The notes under the pieces: generated by a model | Databases searched by the model: none | The model's input: the letters and a program-made list of their open reading frames with translations, nothing else | What the model was told of the DNA's origin: nothing | Assembly (NCBI GenBank): GCA_964016885.1 | Contig: OZ024741.1 | Coordinates: forward strand, 176,142,001-176,206,000 | Reading direction: 5' to 3' | Origin: Eledone cirrhosa | Taxonomy: Eukaryota | DNA: 64,000 nucleotides | Part shown: piece by piece, positions 1 through 15,289 of the stretch | Position numbering within the stretch: the stretch's first letter is position 1 | Layout of the letters: the number at the start of each line of letters is the position of its first letter | Program-made: the position numbers and the translations under genes

Positions 1-190
1 GAATCGCTGCTTTCACCCTTAACGTGATCTTTCAGAAGATCCCGTTAAGGGTGAAAGCAGCGATTCTTTGCTTAAACTTTAATCTGTTATTTTAATAAAT
101 ATTTGCTCTACGGTTCTTATATATTTGATATATATTTATCCTTATCGATCCCTCTTTGGATTTTAGTCTTCAAATTTATTATTATTACTA
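1..190 (+). mobile_element. 3' end of non-coding hammerhead-bearing element (family G) with 5' fold-back, ending in (AT)n
   Basis: Bases 1-24 are the reverse complement of 43-66. Homologous segments lie at 7991-8105, 23292-23830, 50607-50730 and 55657-56500. Confidence 0.7.
30..76 (+). ncRNA. Type I hammerhead-like motif with variant core CAGAAGA (family G)
   Basis: UUU-CAGAAGA-UCCC GUUAA GGGU-GAAA-GCAG..UUGC-U-U-AAA; stems I, II and III can all form. Confidence 0.5.
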
Positions 191-196
191 TATATG

Positions 197-248
<52 letters not shown>

Positions 249-772
249 GGGTATAAATCGAAGTTATAGCCGCAGTATAGTAGATACCAATCGAATTGTT
301 TGAGGCAATCACAAAAGCACTCAGTGATGTGTGAAGTTAATACGTTTTCTTCCAGAGTAAACACAAAAAGTTAATAAAGTGTGATATCAAGAATAAAGCG
401 ACCAAAAGCATGTTGCCTTAACTACACAACAACAGCGATATATACAAACAGGTCGAACACTACCCTGGACCACTTCGAAAGGACATAAATTGATAACATT
501 CTCCGGTAGGTTTCTGGGAACCCGGAACTATACACGACGGGTTGCCTAATGTATACGCAAGTGATAGATGTATCTGTTGATGAAACAGGAACATCCCTTT
601 GTCGGTAGATTTTCGTTCCGGAATATCTGACTTGGTTCGGTCGCTAGAAGACATTGTGGCACTCTACTGTAGTAGTAAATTAGCTAGTGTCATCACGTGA
701 CTTTTCTCAAAAGAGGAAGGTCAAATCGACCGAACTTTTGACGGATGAATTCAAAGTGCACACACTCTCTCT

Positions 773-930
<158 letters not shown>

Positions 931-1129
931 TATATATGTATGATTAGTTAGAGTATGTGTTAGTTAATCACCGATACTTCAGTATGCAGGGTAGGGCACG
1001 CGACGTAGTACGCAGGGGGGTCTGTTTACCCCGGAGTATATTTATAAACATGAGTAAAAGTCATCTTTTGGTCTTTCTGTAGCTAATTGGCTTTGAACGG
1101 AATGTGCGACACCTTAAATATATTTGTTT

Positions 1130-1300
1130 TTTATTCCCCGTGTTTCTGTCACCTGTCTGTACTTCCCAGTTGTGGAAGTTGCGATCGAATTGCGACAGTT
1201 AGTCTTTGACACAATCCTTGAAACACTTCTTCCTTCATCCAACTCTCCGTAACGTATCTGCTTGGGGATACAACTATCGTCCAGCCGTATTATAGGTAGA
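1130..1300 (-). mobile_element. RTE-type LINE 3' fragment
   Basis: Translation RLDDSCIPKQIRYGELDEG resembles the RTE C-terminal motif RMxDxRIPKQLLYGEL. Confidence 0.6.
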
Positions 1301-2007
1301 ATATCGGACAAAATATCATTTGGCATATCCTTACGCCTCTTTCTATTTAACCTACCGGGGTCGAAAAGTTCTAATACCAATCGATGAGATAAACTATACG
1401 CTTTCCGGAAATATGAGTGGATTTTTAATAAAGTTAGATATCATAATATTCAAATATTATGAATGCATTTCACATATTCATTCATTCAATTGGAGAATCT
1501 ATTATGTATTTCTTCGTTATGCAAAACATAATGTTTTCTCATTTGTTTTCTGAACATGTCACAGTTATCTCACAACCGCTGGGAATACCAACAGCTCAAT
1601 TTAAAGCCTCATATATATGAGATAACACTATACTATGGACTATACAATGGATGAGATTCACACCATACTGATTAACACATTGAAAGTTACAAGCGCAATC
1701 GAAAGCAACAGAAAAGCAGAAGCGCTATGTTAAAAAAAGTATATCAAAATGTTGTACTTCTGTACATCCATACATTAACAGACATACATGATTAAAGAAT
1801 AGCAGCAATATCATATGAGAATATATGTGTGTATATTGACCAGAATCAAGGAGGGCAGTAGTTAGAAGAATCTCCAACAGCTGGGAAAATCCTCAGCCGA
1901 TTTCGAATCATAGCTCTATCAAGGAAACTGGATAGCCTCGAGTTTCTTTCATCTTTACAATATGCATATTGGAAAACCCAAATATCACCCACCTTATATA
2001 TGTGTAA

Positions 2008-2300
<293 letters not shown>

Positions 2301-3017
2301 GATGCTTTTTTTCCGTGGCGCCTACACGTACATTTTACAGTGTGGGCTGGGTGCTATTTGCCGTGGCACCTCCACGGCCACTTTGTAGTGGGAGGTGGTG
2401 GGGGCATATTGTCTATATGCTTCAGCTTCGGCATGTACCCGTGGGGGTCGGGTCTTCTGTATTACTGCATGACGTCACGGTCGGGTGTTATCGCCTTTGA
2501 GAGGTGCAATTGGGTAACGTCGGCTTATATATATATATATATATATATATAGAGTTAGGGAAGCAGAAAATTGCTTGTTGTAACCAGTTCTTGGTTAAGC
2601 TAGCCAGTTTCATGGACAGTTTCAACGTACGGTTAGGGGTAACTCCATAAATTTGTAAGAATCGCGTTCAATCTTGATGTATAAAGAATAAAAGAGAAAA
2701 CACAGGTAAGTATTAAAAAAAGGATTTTAACCAGGTATTTACGACCGTTTCATTGGTAAGTGCAACCTTATACCGCTATAGTGCAAATAGCAGCCACTCA
2801 ATAATAATTGATGTTCACCTCCAAATTTTCAAAGTAATGAATAAGTTACTTGTAAAAGGTTCTTAATATATAAAAAACATTTTTTGGAATTGTATTTACT
2901 AGTATAGAGAGAGCGAGGAAAGGGGAGAATAATTAGGAAGTAGAGTGACAAACGGAGTAGTATAGAGAGAGAGGGAGAATTAGGAAGTAGAGTGACAAAC
3001 GGAGTAGTATAGAGAGA

Positions 3018-5345
<2,328 letters not shown>

Positions 5346-5592
5346 GCAAAAGTTCTATTTAAAATTGTTGGGATACAACAAGTAAATATTTTTATAACTG
5401 ATATAAAGCACTCGACAAGTATTTGGAGTAGATATACGATATTAATAAATGGAAACTATATTTATAAAACCATATTTATTTCATTATACATATTTCAGGG
5501 ATACCAGATTAAATTATGGTATGCCTTCATCAGACAAAATACAATATATAACAGTTTTACAAATAAGCTTTGACGTACCCTATTAAAATGCA
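5346..5592 (-). mobile_element. Family B PLE pLTR 3' end with hammerhead at 5478-5540
   Basis: AUUUUGU-CUGAUGA-stem II (AUACCA/UGGUAU)-GAAA-UAUGUA-UA-AUGAAAU; homologous to 42381-42620 and 9965-10314. Confidence 0.75.
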
Positions 5593-6854
5593 ACCATAAT
5601 CAACATACTGATTGCGGATTTGGTACGGGTGATGAGAAACGTGTCCCGCATGTGCAACCCCAAAGAACTAGAGAGACACATACAACACTTCATCCAGCGT
5701 ATGCAGTTCTCTGGTTACAATCAGAGAGATAAAAACAGAGTATATAGAGGAGCCAGAACCAAATGGGAAAAAATGGTAAATAATGATGCACATTTTGGAA
5801 TAGAATAGAAATAACTAGGAATAAGCTTAGTAGAATAAACTCATGGTATGATAACAATAAATACCAGAGTGTAATGTTCATCAATACAACCCTAGATGTG
5901 AAATAGCTTACAATTTCAGAAGGGCCCTAGATAAACATAAACTCAATATTAAGATAGTAGAAAGACCAGGTACCTCCATAAAAACACTTATTAGCAATAC
6001 ATACCCTTTTCAAAGACCTCCCTGTATAGATAAGAAATGTATAATCTGTAAACCAAGCCCCCATATTAACTGTAAAACTAGAAATGCAGTATATAGCATA
6101 AGATGTACTGAAGGACAATGTAGAGATAAGAATATACTGTACATAGGTGAGACAGCTCGTAGTATAGGAGAACGGATAAATGAAGACTGGCGAGAGCTTC
6201 AAGATAGTAAAGAATCATCTGTACTCTACCAACATTCTAAAATAGAACATAAGGGTAAATTAAAGAACATAGAAATAAAAATAGAATCTACACACAAAAA
6301 AGACGCAATGTTTAGACAAATCACAGAGGCAATAAACATATATGAACTCCAACCAAAATTAAATAGAAAGCATGAATGGAATAGCAACATCACAACTTAC
6401 AATTAAGGACAAAATGAAAATACACACACATATAGAACAAACAACCAACCAGTAACATGTAAATAAACAAATAAATAAACAAATATGAACACACACAGAC
6501 ACCCGGATGTAACACATGCGCAAACTAAGCACACAACACACACAAAAACAAGATGGCGTAGGACAGAACAAAGGAGAGGCACAAAAACAAAGAAAAGAAT
6601 CCCCAGTCACTGAAGAGGTCACAGCATGTGTGACGAAAGAACTTTGACAATATATGAACAATCTTCTGGCTGTGGAACCAACCAACCGGAAATTTATAAA
6701 TTCCTAAATTTATAAATTTAATTTATAATAAATTGACGTGAAAGCAACTGGTGCGTGTGTTTCTTATTGGCAACATGACCCTCCCAAAGTATAACAATAT
6801 CGGTTTCAACACACGTTTTCAGATAAAGAATCTTGCTAAACAAATTTAGAAACG

Positions 6855-6856
<2 letters not shown>
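5593..6856 (+). mobile_element. PLE family A 3' fragment (thumb, GIY-YIG, pLTR; hammerhead at 6606-6648)
   Basis: Close match to the reverse complement of 3018-4250; ends GAAACGAA at (AT)n. Confidence 0.9.
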
Positions 6857-6942
<86 letters not shown>

Positions 6943-6945
<3 letters not shown>

Positions 6946-7975
6946 TAAACGCCATCAATCCAAGGACACGTTATCACCAAATCAGTATTTTGAAAATCTT
7001 GTCGGGTTTCAACTATAATTAAAAGCGTGTGCCGTAGCATACTGCGAATAGCGCTATTTAGACATTCCGGACTAATGAAATGTTTGTTAATACTTCGAAT
7101 AAACGCTATTGTACAGCCGATCCGTGTTATTCTTCAAGGAACACGCTAAAACCAGGGCCTCATCTTTCCGGAAACACATAGACAAATGCGGAATCAAAGA
7201 CGGAAGGCCCATTGTCACAATTCTAGCGACTGAAAGAAACGTCGGCACGTTCCGTATCAAGGAAGCACTTTGGATCAAACGCCTAGAGCCACAAATAAAC
7301 AATCGATCCGAGAGAAGCGAAATGAGATGGTTGGTTTAAGTTAACAAACGATGCAACACACCTACACACACACACAAGCGAGACAACAACACGCGCACAA
7401 ACACACACACACACACAGTAGCATTCCACCATACGAACATACTACACTGCCAATACAGAGGAACAAGGCAACAACACGCGCACACACACACACACACACT
7501 CAAGCGAGACAACAACACACGCACACACACACACAGTAATATTTAGCAAACAGGCAGAGAATGGACTGACAGCTAGCGCCACCCCACTCCCACAATTGAA
7601 AGAACTACTTCGACCGCTGACCTCTGCCCGACCGACCCCATTTCACGCGCACGCGCGCTCTGCTGAATACCTCAGATATTCAAAACAACGAACAGCGGAG
7701 GACGCGTTTCGCTCCTTTCCTACAGACAACCTTTCCCCCACCCCGGAAAAAAGCCCTAGTTGATGGATATGAATCCGAAATATATAGGGACAATTAAATC
7801 TCTCTCGTGTTGTTATTTTAATTTTATCCTTTATGCCCTTTCCTTCATTCCTCTACACGTCTTATACACGCCACGCATCACAACGTACATCCATTTACAT
7901 CTCTCTCTCCACCACCGGATCTTGTTACCCGGAGATTTACCCATTTGCATTGTCGGGGCTTCCAAACGACTTAAA
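6943..7975 (+). mobile_element. Different PLE family: GIY-YIG C-terminus plus CA-rich 3' region
   Basis: ORF 7109-7339 contains KEH..SSFRKH..IL..E..RIKEALWIKRLEPQIN, typical of PLE endonuclease ends; flanked by AT tracts. Confidence 0.65.
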
Positions 7976-8129
7976 AAAAAATATATATATAGTTATAATA
8001 AATGTGAAGACTAAAATCCGAAGAGGGCTCGAGAAGGATAATATATACATCAAACATATCAAAACCATAGAGCAAATATTTATTAAAATAACAGATGAAA
8101 GTTTATATATGTATATAAATAGATGTATA

Positions 8130-8650
8130 TAAATAGGGAGATAGAAAGCAGGCTTTATTTACAAACAGCTAGCGAATTCGAAAATTAGGTAGTAACATGT
8201 GTTCATACCATATTTGACTACATGGAATTAGTCTGTTAGTTGGGACTTAAAAAAACTCTCTGAATGGAAAAAAAGTATGAGCATTGACGGGACACGAACT
8301 CACATATTTGGTGTGGAAGCCCAATGAGTTACCGTAACACCAACACGCCACAAACGCATACTTCCATTCAGTTAGAAGCTATATAACCATAGCAGGTATA
8401 TATGTATATAAATATATATACATATATATATACCTGCTATAGTTATATAGTTTCTCATTGAATGGAAGGAAGCATGGGTGGCGTGGTTGTGTAATGGTAA
8501 CACGTTGGGACGGCAAACCAACGGTGTAGGTTCGTGTCCCATGTACATCGATACTCATCTTTTTTTCCAATCAGAGGACTTTTTAAATCCCAACTAACAG
8601 ACTAATTCTGTGTAGTCAAATACAGTGTAAGCGCATGTTACTACCTAATT
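8130..8650. mobile_element. Head-to-head pair of tRNA-like-containing repeat units (family T)
   Basis: 8184-8400 and 8430-8650 are imperfect reverse complements; homologous to 54621-55163. Confidence 0.7.
8480..8549 (+). ncRNA. tRNA-like (pseudo-tRNA) Pol III module
   Basis: A box TGGTTGTGTAATGG, B box GGTTCGTGTCC, T7 run at 8560-8566, and TTATATAG about 35 nt upstream. Confidence 0.6.
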
Positions 8651-8659
8651 ATATATATA

Positions 8660-8690
<31 letters not shown>

Positions 8691-8691
8691 T

Positions 8692-8743
<52 letters not shown>

Positions 8744-8745
8744 TA

Positions 8746-9534
8746 TCTGTATATATATAAAATTAAGTATGTGTGTGTGTGTCTGTGTATTACCTATAGG
8801 GGCCTACATCTTACGACCGATTTTCATGAAACTTTACAGGCTCATAGATTAGTGATCAGGTAGTGTTTTCCATATATCTGCGTATCGTTTTTTTTTTATT
8901 CCGTGGTCATTCTGCAGATAAAAATCAATGGGGGGGGGGGCTTTTTTTGGTATAGAAAAATAAGACTTTTGGCTCTAGCTCCCACACTTTGCCACCGATT
9001 TCGTTCAAATTTTAAAGCAAAATAGAATTTATCATTGCACATCCTGTAATGTTGCATTTGTTGTTCAGGGACGGCGTGGCAGCCGCTTAAATATTCAAAA
9101 ATACCACTTTTACACTCAAATTTCCACTTTTTCTGGTCTAGCCCCCATATTAATCAACCTACTTTGTTCAAGTTTTACACTGCGCTTGATCTGATTATTT
9201 CACTTTTTATTTTTGTACACTTGGATTTTTTGTACAGGAACGGCGTGGCAGCCGCTTAAATATTTGAAAATACCACCTTTTCGCTCATATTTCCGCCTTT
9301 TCGGCTCTAGCTCTCACATTTTTCAACCAATTTCGTTCAAATTCGAAACTCCCTCCCCCAGCATGCCCATTCGTCAGTCACACGTGTTTCTCAGTGATAG
9401 AGGTCATTACTACCCTCCACCACATGGCCTGTGTGGCCATAGATGAGTCATCGAGAAGCAGTCGTTAAGATCAACACCTTTTCATCAAAGCAGATATTAT
9501 TTTACCTACCCAGCAACGCTGGGTACTGCTGCTA

Positions 9535-9535
<1 letters not shown>
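8746..9535 (+). mobile_element. Non-autonomous Helitron
   Basis: 5' TC..TATATATAAAA; 3' hairpin ACCCAGC AAC GCTGGGT followed by CTAG; inserted between A and T; internal ~170-bp tandem units with ACGGCGTGGCAGCCGCTTAAATATT near 9070 and 9240. Confidence 0.8.
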
Positions 9536-9573
<38 letters not shown>

Positions 9574-9964
9574 AAAATGGGGAGAAAAATACTGCTGGTA
9601 GCACATGGATAACATGTAATAAAATAAGTCCCTCATCAGTGATTTGCCGACGATCATAGATATTTCATTGCATTAAAAATCATATACCTCACGTCGGTGC
9701 AATAATAACTAAATTAAGTTATTAGGACAATTAAAACGCGTAAAGCGAGTGAGACAGGAAAACCACAAAGAGTAGAGCTAACCGTAGAAGGAAGGAAACA
9801 AGCTTCATAGTTATTCTGTTAGCATAAGCTAGGTGAATATATGAGCGCTTAGAAAAAAGACCTTTCGCGAACGAATGCAATGTGAGAAAGAGCGAAATTG
9901 CTTTCGTCGCGAACGGGGTGAAGTGAGGAGAGGAGAAACAGTGAGTGAGTGAGTGGAAGTACAC

Positions 9965-10314
9965 ACAATGATATTAAATAAATGGAAACTATATTTATAA
10001 AACCATATTTATTCTAGTATATATATTTCAAGGGTACCAACAACTTTGGTACGCTTTCATCAGATAAAATACAAAGTGTGTTTTATAAATTTTGACATAG
10101 AAAAGGAAACATACCTTATCAGTTGAATTTCCCTTGGTTAGTCAAGGGAAATTCAACTGATGAGGTATGTTTCCTTGGCTATGTCAAAATTTATAAAACA
10201 CACTTTGTATTTTATCTGATGAAAGCGTACCAAAGTTGTTGGTACCCTTGAAATATATATACTAGAATAAATATGGTTTTATAAATATAGTTTCCATTTA
10301 TTTAATATCATTGT
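9965..10314. mobile_element. 350-bp palindrome of family B pLTR with two opposed hammerheads (10011-10070 minus, 10209-10268 plus)
   Basis: Arms are near-perfect reverse complements centred at about 10140. The plus-strand motif is AUUUUAU-CUGAUGA-AAGCGUACCAA..UUGGUACCCUU-GAAA-UAUAUA-UA. Confidence 0.85.
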
Positions 10315-10322
10315 ATATATAT

Positions 10323-10431
<109 letters not shown>

Positions 10432-10928
10432 TGTGTGTGTGTGTGTACAATAGATCAATATGTTGAAAATCATTATTCTAATCAATAATTGTTAGACAGG
10501 AAATATACTGTTAAATCAATAATGTTTTTGCTCATTAGAAATCAGGAAATAAATAAAATGATACCAACTCACCTTACTCTTGACGTGAACAACACAAAAA
10601 CTATCTGAAATAAACAGGAAATATTGAAATAATATTCCACCAAACATCCGGCATCTATACCACCCATAGCTATTTGAATACTCATGTGTGTCTGCCTTGA
10701 ATTATTCGAATCAATCAATAATGGTAATTTATTTGTTACACAAGAAATAATTTCTATCATACACATGTCACAAATCCGTTGTTTTTATTATACTAACATT
10801 ATAAAAATTTATGTATATAGCCGTAACCCCTGATGGAGTCGTACTGTCATACAGCATGTCCTGGACATTTTAAGCCTAGAGCGACTCATCCCATTCAATG
10901 TCTGGACATAGCCAATTTCTTCCTGAGA

Positions 10929-10990
<62 letters not shown>

Positions 10991-11504
10991 CTGTGTGTGT
11001 GCATGTGGGAGTAAGAAAGAGAGAGAGAGATAGAGGGAGAGGGGGTGATAAGTAAGTCCCCCCACAACCGGAACCTTTTTATCGGCGTCTAGAGGTTGAG
11101 AGTCACAATTGGCATCGGTGGGATTTGACCTCAAAAAACAGATCGCCGCCACATTATACTAATAATAATGCATTTTACAACGTGTATTCTAAATTGTGAA
11201 TGTTCATGACTTTTTGTTAAGGTATTGTGCTCACTGCCACACGGTATTGATTTCGTTTCCCAAACTCTCAATGTAAGTTTTAGTTTAATGCAAGATGTTT
11301 ATCTGATGGATGTATGTTAATATTTTATGTCAGTGTAACTGCATATACTCTACTTTAAACAGAAGAAGCAAGCAAAATAACAATTAACTAATGACTAATA
11401 CGAGGGTATCTTGGGCACGAGCAATGGGATGAAATCAGACTACGCCTGTGATTTGTATAAGGAGTTCAGATCAGAATTATAAAAACATTAGTAAATATTC
11501 TATA

Positions 11505-11640
11505 GGCGCCGAATTGGTAGAGTAGTCAGAATGTTATGCAAAATACTTTGTGGTATTTGTTCTGGCTCTTAGCACTCTGCCGTGGTCAACTTTGCCTTTC
11601 ATTCTTTTGTGGTCGATAAAAACTGCCAGTACTGGGATAG
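11505..11640 (+). mobile_element. Degenerate tRNA-derived SINE
   Basis: Contains the core GGTCAACTTTGCCTTTCATTCTTTTGTGGTCGATAAA. Confidence 0.65.
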
Positions 11641-14156
11641 ACACTTCCGTTATGTCTCTTTCTAACATCTTCTCCATCCCTCTCTCCTTCCCTAGAAGGA
11701 ATCGGCCGGATAGACAATGGGCTCAGTCAAATTTAAAAGGCCCGGAACATACCGTACATCCCTACGATGCCCCACCCGGCACTTTTACTGGAAGTAGTTA
11801 AAATCAATGGATACCCAACATCCAACGTTAGTCGTTCTGAGGCCAACACCTGCTTGCTGAAACTACCACACTTTAGTGAAAATGTAACGATGGTGATCCG
11901 CATATAATCATGAAGTTTCGGATTAGATCTCACTCTATGGTATACTTTATCATATTATCGGATCACCTGAATACTGGGAGTGAAATTTGGTAGATAAATA
12001 CTATGTGGAAACCCGTGTGATAGATTGTGCCTGTAATTGAAAGGTCCAGCTCTATCAGCTTTGTCGTACTGATTATTCTTAAGAATTATGCTAAGGTGCA
12101 TCTGTCAGTGGAATACTCAGCCCTTTTCACTATAATGCAATTTGTAGAACGTTACATTGGTAGAGGAATAGAATGCTCATCATTGTAATTGATGGAGGGA
12201 TCGACTAGATGTAGCTTACCTACAGTCTAAAAGGCATCTAAGCATCATGACCCCTGGAGTCAATGATATATATTTCCATGTAGCTACATTTGTGCCATAA
12301 ATGGGTAGGTCTGCGAGTCAAAATATAATTGATTCCATTACTGGAAAGGAACTATACATCCAAACTCTAAATAAGCGTCGCCTTGATGTAAGTGCTCAAG
12401 CGAAGAAATGCAATTGTTGGAAATGTTTCACAATTCATTAATTTGCACTGTTTCTGATTATATAGTGTTCCGATAAAAAACAGCATACAAATTGTGATCT
12501 ACTATTTAGTGGAGAAGAAATACGCGGCATCAATATAAAAGTTTGACAAATGACATTCATTCTGTCAGCTTCTAGTAACACAACTGCGTAAGAATAAAGA
12601 TGTAATTATCATAATAACACAATACTACACTCACTAACTCCGTCACAGTTGTGACACTGCATTAATTTGAACCTTTCAATTAGAGTTAATGTAGATATAC
12701 AAATATCTAAACTGATGTAACTTTAATTCTTAAAGTGATTAATTAGAAATCTCCAAGAAAGATCAACTATTTTAAACATCTTTTTAGAGACATTCTTAAT
12801 ACCAGAAGGCATTAATTGCAATACCTAGAAGGATAATACCAATTTGCAGGTGTTAAAACCCGAGATAATTAAGTGGATAAACTATGCTAATTTTCTCACT
12901 ATCTTACACATTATGATTTCATGCAGTCCTGATTCTTTCGTAGAATGGCGCAAATATTTTTCTTGTTTGAGCCAGAATTTTCTATAGTTGCCACGAGACA
13001 AACTTTTATTACTGGCTTCTTGCACTAATTATACAAAATGTTATGACAACTTCTTATTGCTAAATTGCCTGGAAATATGTGTTAGATATTGATTTGACGA
13101 GAATCCTTCTCGTTATTCTGGCAGCAATGAAACCATACTATTAAAATGAAAAAGCAATTTCCTCTGACAGTTTTCGTCGTGAGAAGTTTGTGGAGATTGT
13201 CTCATGTTAATTGTGATATAAAGAAGAACATTTATCATAATGTTTAAATTTCTTACAACCTGAGGCAAGAGTTTATTTTATATGCTGCTCATTCTTATTT
13301 CTTTTTTTTTTGATAAGGTTGTAATTATAGTTGATAATACTGCAATCTTCATTGTAATTCTTACCAATATTTTGACCAATATGAAAATATGACTTTTTTA
13401 TTTCTTTTTCGTATAATTTAGAAGTCATATTTACTTTAATTTTGGCAGTTAACGATTATAAAAGAAAGGAAATCATAAAAAGATATGTTTGAAAATATTA
13501 AAAACTTTTCCATCTATTTTCTACGCGCATGAGAAAAATACACCTCCAAGTTCTTGAAGCATATAACAGATGTCATTTCAAATGCCAACAAATGTTGTTG
13601 GTTAATTATTTCTTGATAGATATATAACACGGGAAATGTTGATCAGTAAATCTCGAGAGAAGAGTAACATTTTAACGTTGATGGCTTGGTTGGCCACGAT
13701 GTATTTTGATCAATGGAACGTCACACGAATTTGAGTAGAATATGAACCTGCGATCTTGTATTTATTTTACACAATGTTTCGACTTGTATTAGAATTGCTC
13801 ATCTACAACAGTGATATGGTAACGTAAGTAGATATCTCCGATAACCCTAACCTTAACCCTAATAATTGTATTTGCAGTCTATATTAATGGCAATGGCCGC
13901 CAAACAAAATGTTTCTACTATTGATGAAAACGTCACATCTAGATTATTTAAACCAACGTACCCTTGAAATAGATTTCATAGTACTGACTTCATTTCTGCC
14001 TCAATGATATTACACTTTGTGGCTAACACCAGACATCTGTGCTCATATTAGGATTACTATTCTTCCGGGTTTTATAAAATTAGGTACCAGTTAACCACTG
14101 GCGCTGTTTTAATCAACTCTGCCCTTTTCTCAAATTTACCGGCCAGTTGTCTGTGG

Positions 14157-14342
14157 ATTGGCAAAATCAGTAGAGCGTCGGACACCATGCTTTCTGGCAT
14201 AGGGTTACGGCACTTTACGTTCTGAGTACAAATCCCACAGAGTTTAACTTTGCCTTTCATCCTTACCGGGTCGATAAAATAAAGCACCAGTAATACACTG
14301 GGGTAATTGCTGGCCTTGTGCTAAAAAGTAAAAGTAATTATT
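14157..14342 (+). mobile_element. tRNA-derived SINE (octopus-type, core AACTTTGCCTTTCATCCTT-CG-GGTCGATAAA)
   Basis: Degenerate A/B-box head, conserved core and 3' tail GCTGGCCTTGTGC..AAAGTA; many copies in the window. Confidence 0.8.
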
Positions 14343-15173
14343 ATATGATATTCGACTAAATTAGAAATCAATATCATATTATATGATAAAGAATAAAATT
14401 AATGACGAAATAAAATAAAACAAAAGAATCATGAAAGTATTTAACAGTCGCCGTTAAGTGTTAGAGCCATCCAAGTCACATAATTATAATTCTGAAAAAG
14501 CATGGTTTATATATTGAAAAAAATGTTAAACTGTCACTCTACATTAGGGATTAGATCATACCAAGAGTGTACCTGGACCTGATATGTTATCGTATGTAGG
14601 ATTGTTAATGACCGGTAATCCTCATCATCATTGTCATCGTCGTCACACCATCCTAATAATAATTTTCAATAATGCCAGCATTAACAATAAAAAGGAAAAG
14701 AGCCGATCGTCAGACCAGACCAAGGAAATTATAGTTCAATTGGTCTTCTTATTTCTGATACTATCTATCAGTCTCAAATCCCGGGGAAAATAAAAGAGTT
14801 AAAAAGAAAACGCGACTGTATATATCTTAGGAGAAAGGAAAAGAGAAAACTATTTTCCGCCATTTGTAATGAAAGTAGAATCAAAATACTTTTCGATTAT
14901 ATTTAAAGAAATGATTTCACTGGAACAATCAACAACTGGATGTACGAGCTGCGTTATGTAATAAAACAAGTTTAAACTCTCGATAATTTCTTATATTTCA
15001 ATTTCTATTCAACTTTTATGTATTTAGTACCTAAAGACTCTAGATCTCTTCTTTCCTAATATCATAATGCATAAAACTACCATCTCGAAGATTCAGGCTC
15101 AAGGAATTATATATCTATATATATATCTATATATATATATATGTGTGTGTGTGTATGTATGTATGTATGTATG

Positions 15174-15204
<31 letters not shown>

Positions 15205-15289
15205 GTGTATGTGTGAGAGAAAGAGAGAGACAGAGAGATGTGTGCGTGTGCGCGCGCGCATGTATATGAATGCATGTATATTCAGTAAA

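Noticed and set aside
2738-2790. Minus-strand GAAACGGUC suggesting a hammerhead
   Set aside because: There is no CUGANGA and no stem I partner; at best a decayed motif.
7695-7720. Minus-strand GAAACGCGUC with palindromic stem III
   Set aside because: The 5' half of the core was not found.
10157-10180. CTGATGAGGTATG
   Set aside because: No stem II-GAAA follows, and the mirror arm reads CTGATAAG.
13100-13272. Possible minus-strand exon after CTCTTGCCTCAG
   Set aside because: All frames close quickly and give no recognisable protein.
13843-13862. TAACCC telomere-like repeats
   Set aside because: Only about three imperfect units; too short to call an interstitial telomere.
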